Shown one piece after another: positions 27,591 through 41,143 of a stretch of DNA of 64,000 nt. How positions within the stretch are numbered: position 1 is the first letter of the stretch; each line of letters opens with the position of its first letter. The stretch is taken from assembly GCA_028023455.1 (NCBI GenBank), contig JAQFVV010000001.1, forward strand, positions 11,098,001 to 11,162,000. The letters are read 5' to 3'. The stretch is from Epiperipatus broadwayi (taxonomy: Eukaryota > Animalia > Onychophora). The notes below the pieces were generated by a model, which saw only the letters and a list, made by a program, of their open reading frames with translations, made no database searches and was not told the DNA's origin. Made by a program: the position numbers and the translations under genes.

Positions 27591-28738
27591 TAATCCATAA
27601 GAATATAATAATAAAAAAATAATGCTGTGATACTAAACCATGCTGATCATCATTAATGCTCTGGTTACTTAGTACCATTAAGGTACTCACCAACTATAAA
27701 CTTAATTTCTAATAAATACTAAACTAAAAAAATGTAGTGCATGGACTTTAAAGGATATTGACTTTGTGCCAATTAAGAATCATCATCAATGGGATATCCA
27801 TAACAAAAGCTCTATAACAGTTATTGTGAACAAGAGACTCTTATTGTACCTGAACCATTCAAAATTTTACTTTCTCATGTATCTGAAATCCTAAAAATTT
27901 ATCAATATCACTATTATAATTTATCGAAATTGTCACTATTCAAATGAGAAATTAAATACATGATACAAATGTATTATATTTACAAAATCAAATTTTACCT
28001 TACTTTATCGAAAACTATAATTTTCATTTTAAAAATGTTCTATTATCTGTAATTTTTTAGTCAGTGCTGCCCTCATTTTGCATTTTTATAATGTCATTCA
28101 AAAACAATTCTGATATAGATTTTTCCATGCATTTTTATGTTGCAAATTACAAAAGTTTTTAAAACAATTAAGTACCATAAAGCAAAAATTTATAGGCTAT
28201 TAAAATTCTTTACATAAAAAGAAACTCATGCAAGATTCATCAAGATTTGGTTCAATATTTGTTGAATTGTAAAATCACAAACAATCAAACTTTCACATTT
28301 ATATAGAAACATAGATACACAGATAATTTTTTATATTAATATATAAAAATAGCATTACCAAGGCACAAACAATTGAGATTGATAATGATAAAATTAATTA
28401 ATACACATATTCAAACAAGTTTCATCAAAGTTCTCAATTAATATTATTATTTTAAAACGTGAGATTGGATTATTGATATCTTTATAGAGAGTCAATCATT
28501 GTCATGACTATAGTTTTGCTGTAACACTACATTTAATTAAAATCTGAATATAATTAATGATCTAATTATTTTAATTGACAAATCCAGGAACCTTATTCTA
28601 GGTCTATTTTAGTTCCTGCTTATACAATTAATTGGAGTGTGGAGTAGATTGAAGCCTGTTCATTAAAGTATGAGATTTTGGCTATCTTAATATATATTTG
28701 AGCACTTATAGCATATATGTGTAGAGATGGTAATCTGG

Positions 28739-28782
28739 ACCAACTGATGATTGCTGGTTTAGCATGAAATATGTATATTGGT
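28739..28782 (+). ncRNA. Type I minimal hammerhead ribozyme C1
   Basis: ACCAA-CTGATGA-TTGCTGGTTTAGCAT-GAAA-TATGTAT-A-TTGGT; helix I extended by GGTAATC/GATTATT; AUA triplet; first helix II pair is U-U in this copy. Confidence 0.8.
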
Positions 28783-29214
28783 GATTATTTATCTTTTCAA
28801 CATATATGTGTTCAAGTGTATCAGTGTTATGAGATAGTGCGGAGAGTGGTGGGTCGTGTGAAAGTCTGTGCCCATATACCAAATATGTTACATATATAGA
28901 TACAGGTATATAATAAGCCTGTGTGTTTCAGTTGTTACATAGTAGAGATGTCTTCCCATCCCTTGTATATGTATTAAATGGATTATGTCTTGTATATGAG
29001 GGGTCAGATTGACTTTAGGTCAACATGTCGTGTGACAAGAATCTCGGCCTTAGGGTGGCCTTTGAGCGTTCCATCATCAGATTTTCAATAGGATGGACAG
29101 TTGAAGAGTTGGAGTGCAGAGTAGATTGAAGCCTGTCCATTCAAGTATGAGGATTGGCTATCTTAATATATATCTGAGCATTTATAGCATATATGTGTAG
29201 GGATGGTAATCTGG

Positions 29215-29258
29215 ACCAACTGATGATTGCTGGTTTAGCATGAAATACGTGTATTGGT
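29215..29258 (+). ncRNA. Type I minimal hammerhead ribozyme C2
   Basis: ACCAA-CTGATGA-TTGCTGGTTTAGCAT-GAAA-TACGTGT-A-TTGGT; GUA triplet. Confidence 0.8.
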
Positions 29259-30336
29259 GATTATTTATCTTTTCAACATATATGTGTTCAAGTGTATCAG
29301 TGTTATGAGATAGTGTGGAGAGTGGTGGGTCATGTGAAAGTCTGTGCTCATATACCCTATATATTAGATATATAGACACGGGTATATAATAAGCCTGTGT
29401 GTTTCAGTTATTAAATAAATGATAAACTAAACCCAAATAAGACAGAAAATGGCAGATTATTTTTTGTAACAGAACTAGTAAATTAGAAAAAATTGCTTTT
29501 TTTTTCTTTTTCTCTTTCTTTGTAAATTATTTTCTCTCAATTCTGTGAAATGGGGAGAAAATGCTATATATATATTATAAGAAATTGTTATAATGTATAT
29601 ATTATAAAAAATGATAATTAAGTTAATAGTTAACTGATATCCATCGCCATCTAATTAACATGTAAGTAAAAAAAATAATATGTGATTAATGATTTACAAT
29701 TTCACACGATTTTTCCTCATGCACTGTTAATAGGGAAAAAGAAAACTGCAAAATGAAAGAATAATTAAGGTGGGGAATCAGAAAAAGAAAATCAGAAGTA
29801 GACGGATATATTTCATTTAAATATTGCTAATCTTAACTGTATTAATATAACTGTACAAATTAATAGTGTTTACCTGATCTGCATTAATATTCAGATCAGA
29901 TTGCACATTCAGAGTGCAAGCAAATCGCATAACTAAAACAAAGCGGCGAGGGGAAAAAAGACCACACACTGTATACAGGGAAACCCAAAAATACTAAGAA
30001 GCCGATTCAGCAACACTAATTAACAATTTGATAACAGAAAATACAGTAACAATTATACTCTTTAATAACAGGGTTATGAACTATTACAACTCATCACCCA
30101 TAAATAAAAACAGTAATGCTATCTATAAACAAGGATAATTAAAAGAAAAAACTTTCCTCATAATATCAATAATTTTTATTAGTCACTAATTAGACTAGAG
30201 ATTATTCAATAATAAATAATATTTCTATAGTGAATTTTTATTAAACCACTCTCACACAAAGTAAGGATTGATTTTTATTCGCTTTTAATCCCTTGTGGAA
30301 GGATGTAATCATAAACATATGACCAAAGATTTTAAA

Positions 30337-30398
30337 GATCTATTATTGCATATTCCATGCTGAACTAGCACTCATCAGTTGGACTAGATCACAATCTC
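30337..30398 (-). repeat. Isolated decayed family C hammerhead fragment directly upstream of the GATA array
   Basis: Minus strand: GATCTAGTCCAA-CTGATGA-GTGCTAGTTCAGCAT-GGAA-TATGCAAT; GAAA mutated. Confidence 0.65.
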
Positions 30399-30424
30399 TT
30401 ACACTTATCTTTATCATTGCTCAA

Positions 30425-31644
<1,220 letters not shown>

Positions 31645-32519
31645 CAAATTACTACAGTTTAATTGATGTATCCCTCCAGACTATGTTAAAAACGAATAGA
31701 AACCAGTCCTTACAATCTGAGAGTGATGTAGTGAAATTACGCTACAGAAATATTATTCTCCTCATAATATTTTTGTAAGATAGATTTTCCACTCAGAAAA
31801 CTCAACTCAGTTACCAACGTTAAAATGTACCCTAAGATACACAAAATCAAATTCAGAAATGATATATAGATCTCGGTCATTAACCCAGTCTTCTTAATTA
31901 CCATTTTGTATATTAATTCACATTACAAATTCTTTTAACTTGTAATTAATGTTTATTTCCCATCAATGTCTTTAGAGAAAAATAAATAATTTTAAAAGCT
32001 TTTTTTTTTTTTACATTTAAATACTTAAATCTGAATTAAATTTTTAAAATTGATCATTTTTTGTTTGTACGATTAAATGTAAATAAATAAAGAATATTGT
32101 AAACTACTGTGATTTCGTATTTTCTTTTTTAGGCAATTGAAATGATTTATCACTTGCACAAACTGTGATAATGGAACTTCTGAACTGAAATTATTAAACT
32201 GCCTATAAACAGTCACTGTCCAATGCCCAATGATAGTCAATCAGCAATCGTGCTCTCTTCAGGAAAGGTAATTAGCGAAGACCACCTACTTGAAGCATTA
32301 TTGCTTTTAATTTTTAGCAATTGTTTTCCTCTTAGCGGGGGCAGATAGTTAGAGGACCGTCTTCCTGAAATTTTACTACTTCTCATTCAGAAATCACAAA
32401 TAAAATAAAATAATCAGAATACCCTATTTTACTTTAATTTAATCTACTTCTTTTATACTGCACAGATTTAATCTTGCTTAAAAATAACTTTTATTACTTA
32501 AATATTATTTAACCGCAAG

Positions 32520-32780
32520 TATATTGTCTATGCAGCTCCCTACATCTATCCACTCCATCTTATACAATCGATACACATGAAAAAGATAAATGATCTCCAA
32601 TATTTGTATTTTGTGCTGAATCAGCATTCATCAGTTGGTTCAGATAATCATCTCCCATATACACATATAAAATCAGGGCTCAGTTTATATTAAGAGTGCA
32701 AATCTTCAAACTTTAATGGATAGGCTTCAATCTTCTCCACCCTTCAACTTTTCTCCGATCCATATCATTGAAAATCTAAT
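32520..32780 (-). repeat. Partial family C unit with decayed hammerhead (32597-32638)
   Basis: Minus strand: ACCAA-CTGATGA-ATGCTGATTCAGCAC-AAAA-TACAAATA-TTGG; GAAA to AAAA change. Confidence 0.8.
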
Positions 32781-33056
32781 AATATTTATTTCTAAATAAT
32801 TTTTCTTTTGTCTTATCAAATAATACAATGATTTGTTCAAATCTATTAAATTAATCCATCGGAATTTTAAAATTACACTCTTGTCTTTACAGAGATTTAA
32901 AAAAGAAAAAATATCAATAATATAATAAAAATTACCTTTAAATATTTCAAAAAATTTCAACATTAAATTTACTTAATTGAATATTCAGATCAGGCAAATC
33001 TTTTACGAAAGTGTACTGATATTTTAATTTTTTAAAAAAAAAATCTATATATGTGT

Positions 33057-33079
33057 GCGGCCGCGCAAGCGGAAATGAC
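33057..33079. promoter_or_regulatory. CpG-rich micro-island with ETS-like motif; possible promoter element
   Basis: GCGGCCGCGCAAGCGGAAATGAC has five CpGs in 23 bp in a CpG-depleted background; GCGGAAATGAC resembles the ETS CCGGAAGTG motif. Confidence 0.3.
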
Positions 33080-33899
33080 TTTTCAAATAATATTTTTTAA
33101 ATATGCTTCCAATAAATATCAGGAATGAAATGGTTTGTTTTTGTGAAGGCTAAATAAGTCTTCTGCTGTGGGAGCCATAGAGTGTTTTCATAAATAGGAA
33201 ATTTCATGATAGTTAGACGGCTTTTTTTTTTTCTAACAATAATTTAATTAATGACTACTTACTGAATAAAATAAAATAGTCCAATATATCATATATTATA
33301 TACCCCAAATACACATTAACATTAAACCCTATTACCTCAAAAGCGTACACAAATAAAACAATATAATAATTTATATACATATAGTGAGATTTTTTAACCT
33401 TTGGACAATCAGAGAGATGCATGCCGGATCTCGTCGATCAATTTTGATACTTGAAGCAAATCTTAAATATTGCACATTTTAAAATTATTGAAATGACTGT
33501 AATATAGATATATGTTCAAATATAATGTCTCATTTTAGGTGTCTCACCATTTCGCATATGGAATTAGCCCTGGTTGCATGGTGAATCTTAAGTATTCCAG
33601 TACACTATTTCCAGGTATTTTAGTTTTGTGTCATTACTTCTTCTTTCTCCTCTTTTAAAAATTTGCTTTTGGCTCTCTGATCTATTAAATCATTATTAGA
33701 TTAAGATGTAGCTAATTACAAATTGTTATATTAATTAGTTCACTTTTTAAAAAAACAAATTAATCCCTTTTATAGTCTCTTGCTTTTTAAAAAAATAATT
33801 TTAATTAATATATTTTTTTTGAGATTATTATTTAATATTTAGCAAATAGCATTAAAAAGTAATATTTTTATATAAAAGATAATTTCTACAATATTGCAC

Positions 33900-35900
33900 T
33901 ATGTATTATTATTAGTATTACCTCTCCTGTTTCTGTGTTAGAGATTTTACTTTTGTTGAATTAAATAAGTCCTTTTAAGGATTTTAATCTTGCTCACCTT
34001 CTTATATTGTTCTTTCTTGTAGACACTTATGGATATTATCTCTAGTCATTTATTTTATGTCTGTGATTTCTCAACGTCTATTGATTCTTTGTAATGGGAT
34101 ATTTATTTTCTAGTGAGCACTAAAAGCTGTGTCTCCAACTTGTTGATGTTTTGAATTTCTTTTTTTTCTTCTCTCTCATTTCTATCATTTCTAGTATTTC
34201 TGTTACTATTTTGTAAAATTCATAATCAAATTTCAAATAGTTCAGAATATTTTTTTCTGCATTTTTAAAATCTATATTTATCTTTGTTTCTATCACATTG
34301 ACAGATTAGGTTTAATCAGTCCTTTAGCTCATTTCTCCTTTTTCATATTCCTTATCCAAATACTATACTACCATTTAGTGCAAAATTTCCTCTAATATTA
34401 GTTTGTGGTTTATATTGCATTTTTATTGAAATTAGTATAAAAAAAACATTCTCATTGCTTCCCTAACAACAATTCTGTATGAGATTTAATGGAGTTGTTT
34501 GTATATTATAATAGCAATTTTGTATATATTGATTCATATTTGTTCATGTGTTAAATTTCCTAAATTTTTGCTTAACATATTGGATATCTTTTTAATTTAT
34601 TTTTGAATTTTTTACAAGTAAAACCAGTTCTATTAGATGTTATAATTTTAAGTATGATTTTGGAACATTCTTGAATAGAAATTTTTACTATTTTGTACTC
34701 ACTCATTATGAATATGAATCTAGTATTCTGCTAAATATATTTCCAATTCATAAAATCTTCATGATATAAATGTATTCTCTGCCATAGCTTCAATGTTTCT
34801 GGCCATGACAAATATTGTCCTTTGAATATTTACCTTGTTTTGATCATTCTCACACTTTTTATGAACTTTTTAAGATCTAGTCATCATATAAAAACATTAA
34901 CCAGAGTATTAATTCTTACTTTATCAGAATGATTCCGATGAACTAAATCTAAAATTCTATTCTCTTTTTAACTCATACTATAATTCTATCATCCATTACT
35001 ATATAACCTTTAAACTGTAGAGATATTACTCCTCTGTTTCCAAATAGAAATGGTTTTGAACATTTGTGGAGCTAGATATTTCTGATTCATTTTTGTCAAT
35101 ATTGACATCTGGCTCCCCTTAGCTAATATTTTAGTGTTAACTATTGGTGCTTTTTTGAATCTGTATAGCTTATCTTTTCCAAATATGATTCTAAACTATC
35201 TTACATTTATGAGAGAAAGAGACTGTATATGATGTATTACTTTTCTTTTTATATTTTAGTTTATAATTATATGCTGATAAATTATGATAATATCTAAGTA
35301 TTCTAGATTAATGTTTTCTGAAATAGGCTTGATATTTCCATTTATACTTCCTAATGTTTATGATCTATAATAATCTTAAAATAAACATTTATACATGCTT
35401 TGATGGAAATTTTAATTACAAAGATTATAATCAAAATGTTTTTGGCTAACAATTAAGTTTGAATCTTGTTAATGATCTTAGGCAATTAATCCTTCATTCT
35501 CAAAAATAATATGTAATTAGTACAATTCCTACTCAATGTTTTGGAATGTCTGTAGTTAATCTAAAATCCAGATTACTGTTGTAGTGCACAAAAATAATTT
35601 TTGAATTCAATAATGATTTAGTTCATATCAAATACTTCTCTTGTTCATATTTCACTTCTGTTTTCCCCTTTCTTGAATAATTCCTACAGTGATTTTGTAA
35701 AATTGGTTTTTAAAAACCTTACAAAAATTTTCAAAAAAGTTAACCAGTTCAAAATTCTTGGTAACTTTTTTACATTTTTAGGATTAGAATATTTACAATT
35801 GTTTATTCTTCTCTGGAACTATGAATTTCCCTTATTCTGAAAGAATATGCACTTGAAAGTTGATTTCCTTAGTTTCACAAAAGTCACTGCTTTTATTTAA
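33900..35900 (-). mobile_element. Decayed LINE relic (endonuclease / early ORF2 region)
   Basis: Purine-rich minus strand with broken endonuclease-like segments (e.g. remnant of the LDYI motif near 34700-34730); many stops. Confidence 0.4.
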
Positions 35901-36000
35901 ACATATTATAAATTGGTTGATTCAGGGCCACCATGTGTGAGTGTGCAGGTTGGGTTGGGCACAAAGGTACTTTATGACTGGTGTGCCAAGACACAAAGAT

Positions 36001-36500
36001 AATTATTAAAATTTATATGTAAATAAAATTGCTTATATTTTCAAATCATTTCATTGTTAGAAATACATTCTGAATGAAAATTTTTTTTATTTAAATATAA
36101 AAGGAATACTTCTTTACTTAAACTTATTTGTGACAATTACCCAGGCTTTGAATTTCTAGGCAGGAACTCTAAATATACATATATACTCTTATCATTATGC
36201 TAAACCAAATAGGCTGATGCCATTTTGTCATGAGAATTAATAAAACTTATATATAAATGTTTAGATTTCTGAATCAATTTATTCCTAGAAACATTTTCTG
36301 ATTGTAAATATTTATTATTTAAATATGAGGAATATTTCTTTACTTAAACTTGTTGTGCCAATTGCTCTAGCCTCAAAATATATTTCATATCTCTTCTACC
36401 ATTGCACAAAACTGAACAAGTCAATGCCATTTTGTCACTATAATTAATAAAATTTATATGTAAATGAAAATGTTTTAGATTTCCAAATCATTTTTATTTA
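36001..36500. repeat. Diverged tandem repeat, ~225 bp unit x ~2.3
   Basis: AATTA.TAAAA.TTATAT.TAAAT, TTCTTTACTTAAACTT and ATGCCATTTTGTCA recur at unit spacing. Confidence 0.7.
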
Positions 36501-37399
36501 AATATCCTAATTTATATAAAAAGTAACATATTATTAATAATTTATTTAAAAATAAAACTTAATTTAAAAATATTGCCTCATAATTATAGTAATACTGCAT
36601 ATGATGAAATTATCTTTATCACTAATATTTTGCAGAGATTATATGTGTTATTGAATTTAGAGTATTCAATAGAATGACTGCTTCTGATATTTGATTTCTG
36701 GGATCGATTCCACTGCTGTGTGTTATGCTTAAAAAAAATTAATAATATTTATCTTTCTCTTTTTTATTTTTTTATTATGCTGTATTATCTTTTTACACAT
36801 TTTACTAAATAGCTTTTCCTATTTTTAAATATGGTATTATCCTTTTTTTTTAGATGCTGTATTATCTTTTTACATGCTAAAAAGCTTTTCCTTAGATTTG
36901 TTCTTTAGCTAAAAACTTGTAATTGATTCATAATTCACACTATGGTCCAAATTTAGGAGTAAAAAGCATATTTTTTAAAAAGATATTATTGCATGCCAAA
37001 ATATTTAATGCATAACAAATTTCATGATAACAAATATTACTTTGAACATGACAATTCAACTGCAAAATATTGATATCTACAGGTTTTTTTTTGAATTGAT
37101 AAAGTCAATATTTGTGGTACAGTTTCTGATGTTCATTGCTTAAGTCAATATGATTAACATTAAAATTATATTCAGATCAATAATAAAAAAAAGTGATGGA
37201 CCATCTCCACAAAAAAAAGTGATACACCATCTCCACAAAATCTCCAAATGAGAATTCTCACTTTTAAATGCCATTTAAATTAAATTACTCCCCTTGCTAT
37301 TAAATTATTGCATTTTGAGTGTATTTCTTATTCTACTTGTGGACGATCTCTGCAGTCAAGAACACAATGTACAAAATGTCAAAGAAATTATCATGAGTT

Positions 37400-39900
37400 C
37401 AAATTGAAAAAAAAGATGGTTACAATAAGAAGAGATTGAACATAAGTTGTCCATATCATTAAACAAATTTCTAACATCAACATTAAAGAAACAAAAGATG
37501 AATAATTTTAAAGAAGCAAATATCTTCACAAACAATTCAGGCATTCCATACTTCATTAGAAAACAGTGAAGAACAAATATTGCAGCAACAAAACGCATTT
37601 GACATAATAAGATCATTACAAATTGAAGAAATCTGTGAAACTGAGAATGAACAACCTAAAACCTGATTTTAGATTAAATTTTATTACTAATTCAGCACTT
37701 GGCCAAAAGTTATTAACATAAAAATTGGAGATTGTTTAGTTGAAAATTCCATTAGTCAGGTAGTTAATAAGTACTTTCCTCAAAACAAGATTGATCACAA
37801 GTTTTCAAAATTATATTATCATCATTATTTACCAAATGCAGAGATAAATTTTAGAACATATTTAGTTTATTCTGAATCATGAAATTCAGTTTTTTGTTAT
37901 TATTAGAAATGATTTGGAGATTGTATTATACAATTTACTAATGAGTTTGGTTGTAATGACAGGCAAAATTTGAGTTAGATATTAAAATGACATCAAAAAA
38001 GATGCATGCACCTCAAAAAAGGATTGAAATATAACAAACTGAAAGTACCATTATGTACAGCTGATTTGTCTCAATAAAGATTATGGTGAAATGGAGAAAA
38101 ATATTGACAATCCATTGCAGAATGATTAATATATATAATACAATATTTATTCAAGACAATATTTAGTTTTCAGAGATTTTTCTAAAAACGTTTTGAGAGT
38201 GATAATGATAGTTTTTTAAATTAATCAAAACTGTCACTAATTTGATTCAATAATGGCAGACCATTTGTATCATATTTAAACAGCACAAACAAAGAATATT
38301 ACTCATTATTTAGGTGAAAATTTCAAAATGAAACCATTCAGATTATTTCTGATGTTATAAAACAAAAATTTTTACAAACAGTTAAAAAATCAAAATATTA
38401 CTAATTTATTTTTGATACTGTTCTAATTGTAATCCATAATCGACATTTAACTATTCATCTTAATAATAATAATACAAATATTGCAGAAATTTGTGAACAT
38501 TTTTTGAGCTTTTAATCTGTGATACTACAGGTCAAGAATTTTTTAAATTTATTGTAATTTTTTTTAAATTAATGAATATTAATATTTCATATTTATGTGG
38601 ATAAGGTTATAACAATAGAGCCAAGATGGGGGGGGGGGGGAGCAAACATAATAGCCATCAAAAGATTATTGGAATGAATCCAAGACCTTTTTTCATTCAA
38701 TGTGCCACACATTTATTAAATTTGGTAATTAATGATACAGCTAAAATTTCATCTGGAACTGTTTTTTTTTTGTTTTTTTTTGCAGTAATACAAGAATTGT
38801 ACAAGAATTTTTCATTATCTATAAAATTATGGGTGACACTAAAAAATATATTTTACAAATTTAAGTTTAAAACCACTGTCTCCTACCAGATAAGAAAATA
38901 GAATTGAAGCAATAATACTGCTTAAAAATGATGTCAAAGAAATATATCAGACTTTTACAGATATTTCAGAAGTTGAAGTCAAATATATCAGTTTTAGAGT
39001 TCATGCTGATAATTTAATTTTAAAAATTTGTTAGTTTAAATTTGTGTGCTCTTTTTATATTTGGGGTGATATATTAAATTTTGTAAATGTTGCAAGCAAA
39101 ATAGTGCAGAATCTGATATTAAACATATAAACAGTTACAGAAAATCTCCAATTTATTATAAATAATTTTAAGAATCTCAGAGCCAATCAAAATTTTGAAA
39201 AGACTATTTTTGCAATAGATGTAGCAAGCCAACTTGACATCGATCCTCTTTTCAAAAATACAAAAGGAAAAAAAATAACAATGGTTGAATACAAAGCATT
39301 ACATAAACCAATAAATGAAGCTAAACAGCATTTTAAAATCAACTTCTTTTCTGAATTTTAAATACCACTATATTAACAGTTACTGAGGGATTTGGTCTTT
39401 TAATGCATTCACAATATAAACAAATTAAAAGAATGAAGTCAGGAAGATGTATTAAAATATTACAAAGGTATAGATGTAACACTATATGACAATACAAATT
39501 TTAATATTCAGGACATTGAAGGTATGGTTCTATTTGAGGAAGAGAAAACCTTACAATGTTTTATAAAATCTGGTATCTCCTTATACTGTTTTGAATTATA
39601 TATATATATCAAAATAAATTGAGACTTTTCTGAATGTAGCAGTCATATTATATATTTATTTAATTTCCCCTGCTTAAGTACCTTCTAGTAAAAGAAGTTA
39701 ATATCAATTTAGTATGCCCTCTATACCATTTTGGAAACCAGAAAAAACCAGAAAAACATTGCTAACCAAAACCATCAATAAAATTTCTTTGTTAATACAC
39801 CCAAAATTAATTAGAAAATATTCCAGATATTTATCCAACCTACATAAAAAAGTATATTGTCATCAAAAAATAACAACCAAAATTTTGTAGAAATAATATG
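37400..39900 (+). mobile_element. Decayed hAT transposase (ZMYM1/THAP12-like subfamily)
   Basis: G*GYNNRAKM...MNPRPFFIQCATHLLNLVINDTAK (ORF 38626..38901) matches GQGYDNGANM...NPRAFF.PC..HSLNLV.ND; ND.QNLS..LK.H near 37955; C-terminal FLNVAV..Y..P.*VPSSKRS near 39630-39700. Confidence 0.8.
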
Positions 39901-41047
39901 TAAACTGTTCTCATTATTTTGTCCTACAGGTAAATAAATTACTAAACCAAGTTAAAATATATATTTATATTGTAATGGTGAATAAAATCATCCCAATAAT
40001 TGGGAGCAAATTGTAATGGAAAGTATACTCATTGTAATTTATCTCAGATCTTGGCTTATTTTCATCACAGTCCCGAGTTGGGAAGCCAATTGTAATGGAC
40101 TAGGCATATCATTTTAAGATTTTAAATTAATTAATTGGTGCTTAATTAGTCATAATGCTACATTGTGGAGCCAATTGTAAAGGAAGACTTTACAACCACT
40201 AATCAATTGAGTTCACATGTTGTAATAGTATATCTTACAACCACCAATCGATTAATAAAGTTCCACATTGCAAGGCATCAATGTAATGTAAATTGTATGT
40301 ATAAAAGAAAATGAACTAACCCAATCATTGGATGGTTTAATCATTGATTACAATTACAATATTGCCTATCCAATTAGCTATACATGAAATATGCCTGGAC
40401 ACCAAAAACCAATAACAAGAGACATTAAATGATTTACTCTCAGGGTTAACTTGATTCGTGATTTAATTATTCACCAAAATATAAATTGGAAACAAAAGGA
40501 ATTTTATTGGATCCAACCTATATTTGCAGATGGAAATTATATATAAAACAATATAATGATTAATGAGGTCTTAGATAAATAATTATGAAATTGAATATTA
40601 GCAAAACACAAAATTATCATTTGAGTAATTGTGAGTCTCAAGCATGGCTTACTGACTTTTGTACTGAAAAGAGAAAAATAAAGAAATTTCAAATAAATCA
40701 CAAAGTCATTTCATATAAAACAAATGGTATATACTTTATTCTAATTATGGTTTGATTTTCTTTTCAAATGGCAATAGTTATATTAAAGACATACAATATT
40801 TGTTTATCCTTACATTTTTATTTTAATTTATACTATTTAAATTAACAATATTTGCTAGCAACAGGCATGGATGGATGTTTGTATGTACATAAGAATCATT
40901 TATTATTTAACACACAGAAAGAAGTAATAAAGAAGAAATAATGAAAATCATAATAGCTTCTTAAAGTAATAATATAGAATCATTGATACATTTCTCAAAG
41001 TTAGATCATTTAACTGGAAAAAAATTATGAATCTTCCTTGTTTATTT

Positions 41048-41143
41048 GCTTCATTTTCGATTAAAACTAGACTTCTCCTTTGGATTACAAGTGCGAACTC
41101 TTTAGATTTATTATTTATAATAGGGTTCTATCATGGCCCCTAA
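41048..41143 (+). pseudogene. Laminin-G-like segment, probable C-terminal part of the cadherin relic
   Basis: ASFSIKTRLLLWITSANSLDLLFIIG resembles LamG 'SF.F.T...GLLL......D.L.L.I..G'; same strand and expected order after the cadherin repeats. Confidence 0.4.

Larger units (their letters stand above)
2700..28600 (+). pseudogene. Decayed giant (Fat-type) cadherin ectodomain relic, interrupted by TEs and microsatellites
   Basis: Collinear + strand cadherin-repeat motifs in mixed frames with in-motif stops: DLFLSLGLAGSIYI...IDGG (~2920-3010), DDKDIKANG (~8170), TVVILATNIG (~8710), DYEKK (9585), SLDREV (9797), YEFIII*NNRGG*YSYAIEVV (11454), FPDSEGTIY*RKLFE (11767), ETGSELMIWLEFLVLD (13725), DLGHFKASIKYGI...FHIN (15429), IRCTDLEKIG..IKFAIEKNN..YIDD (17262), NPLFQ (~19830), FFNEINGRI (~20160), SENQ (~22795), MEPIKGKGGQP..CVNIL (22960), NDDKDGN (~26755). 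Confidence 0.6.
28632..29410 (+). mobile_element. Hammerhead-repeat family C tandem array (1.6 units, 476 bp period)
   Basis: GAGTAGATTGAAGCCTGT at ~28642 and ~29119; near-identical units each with a hammerhead. Confidence 0.9.
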
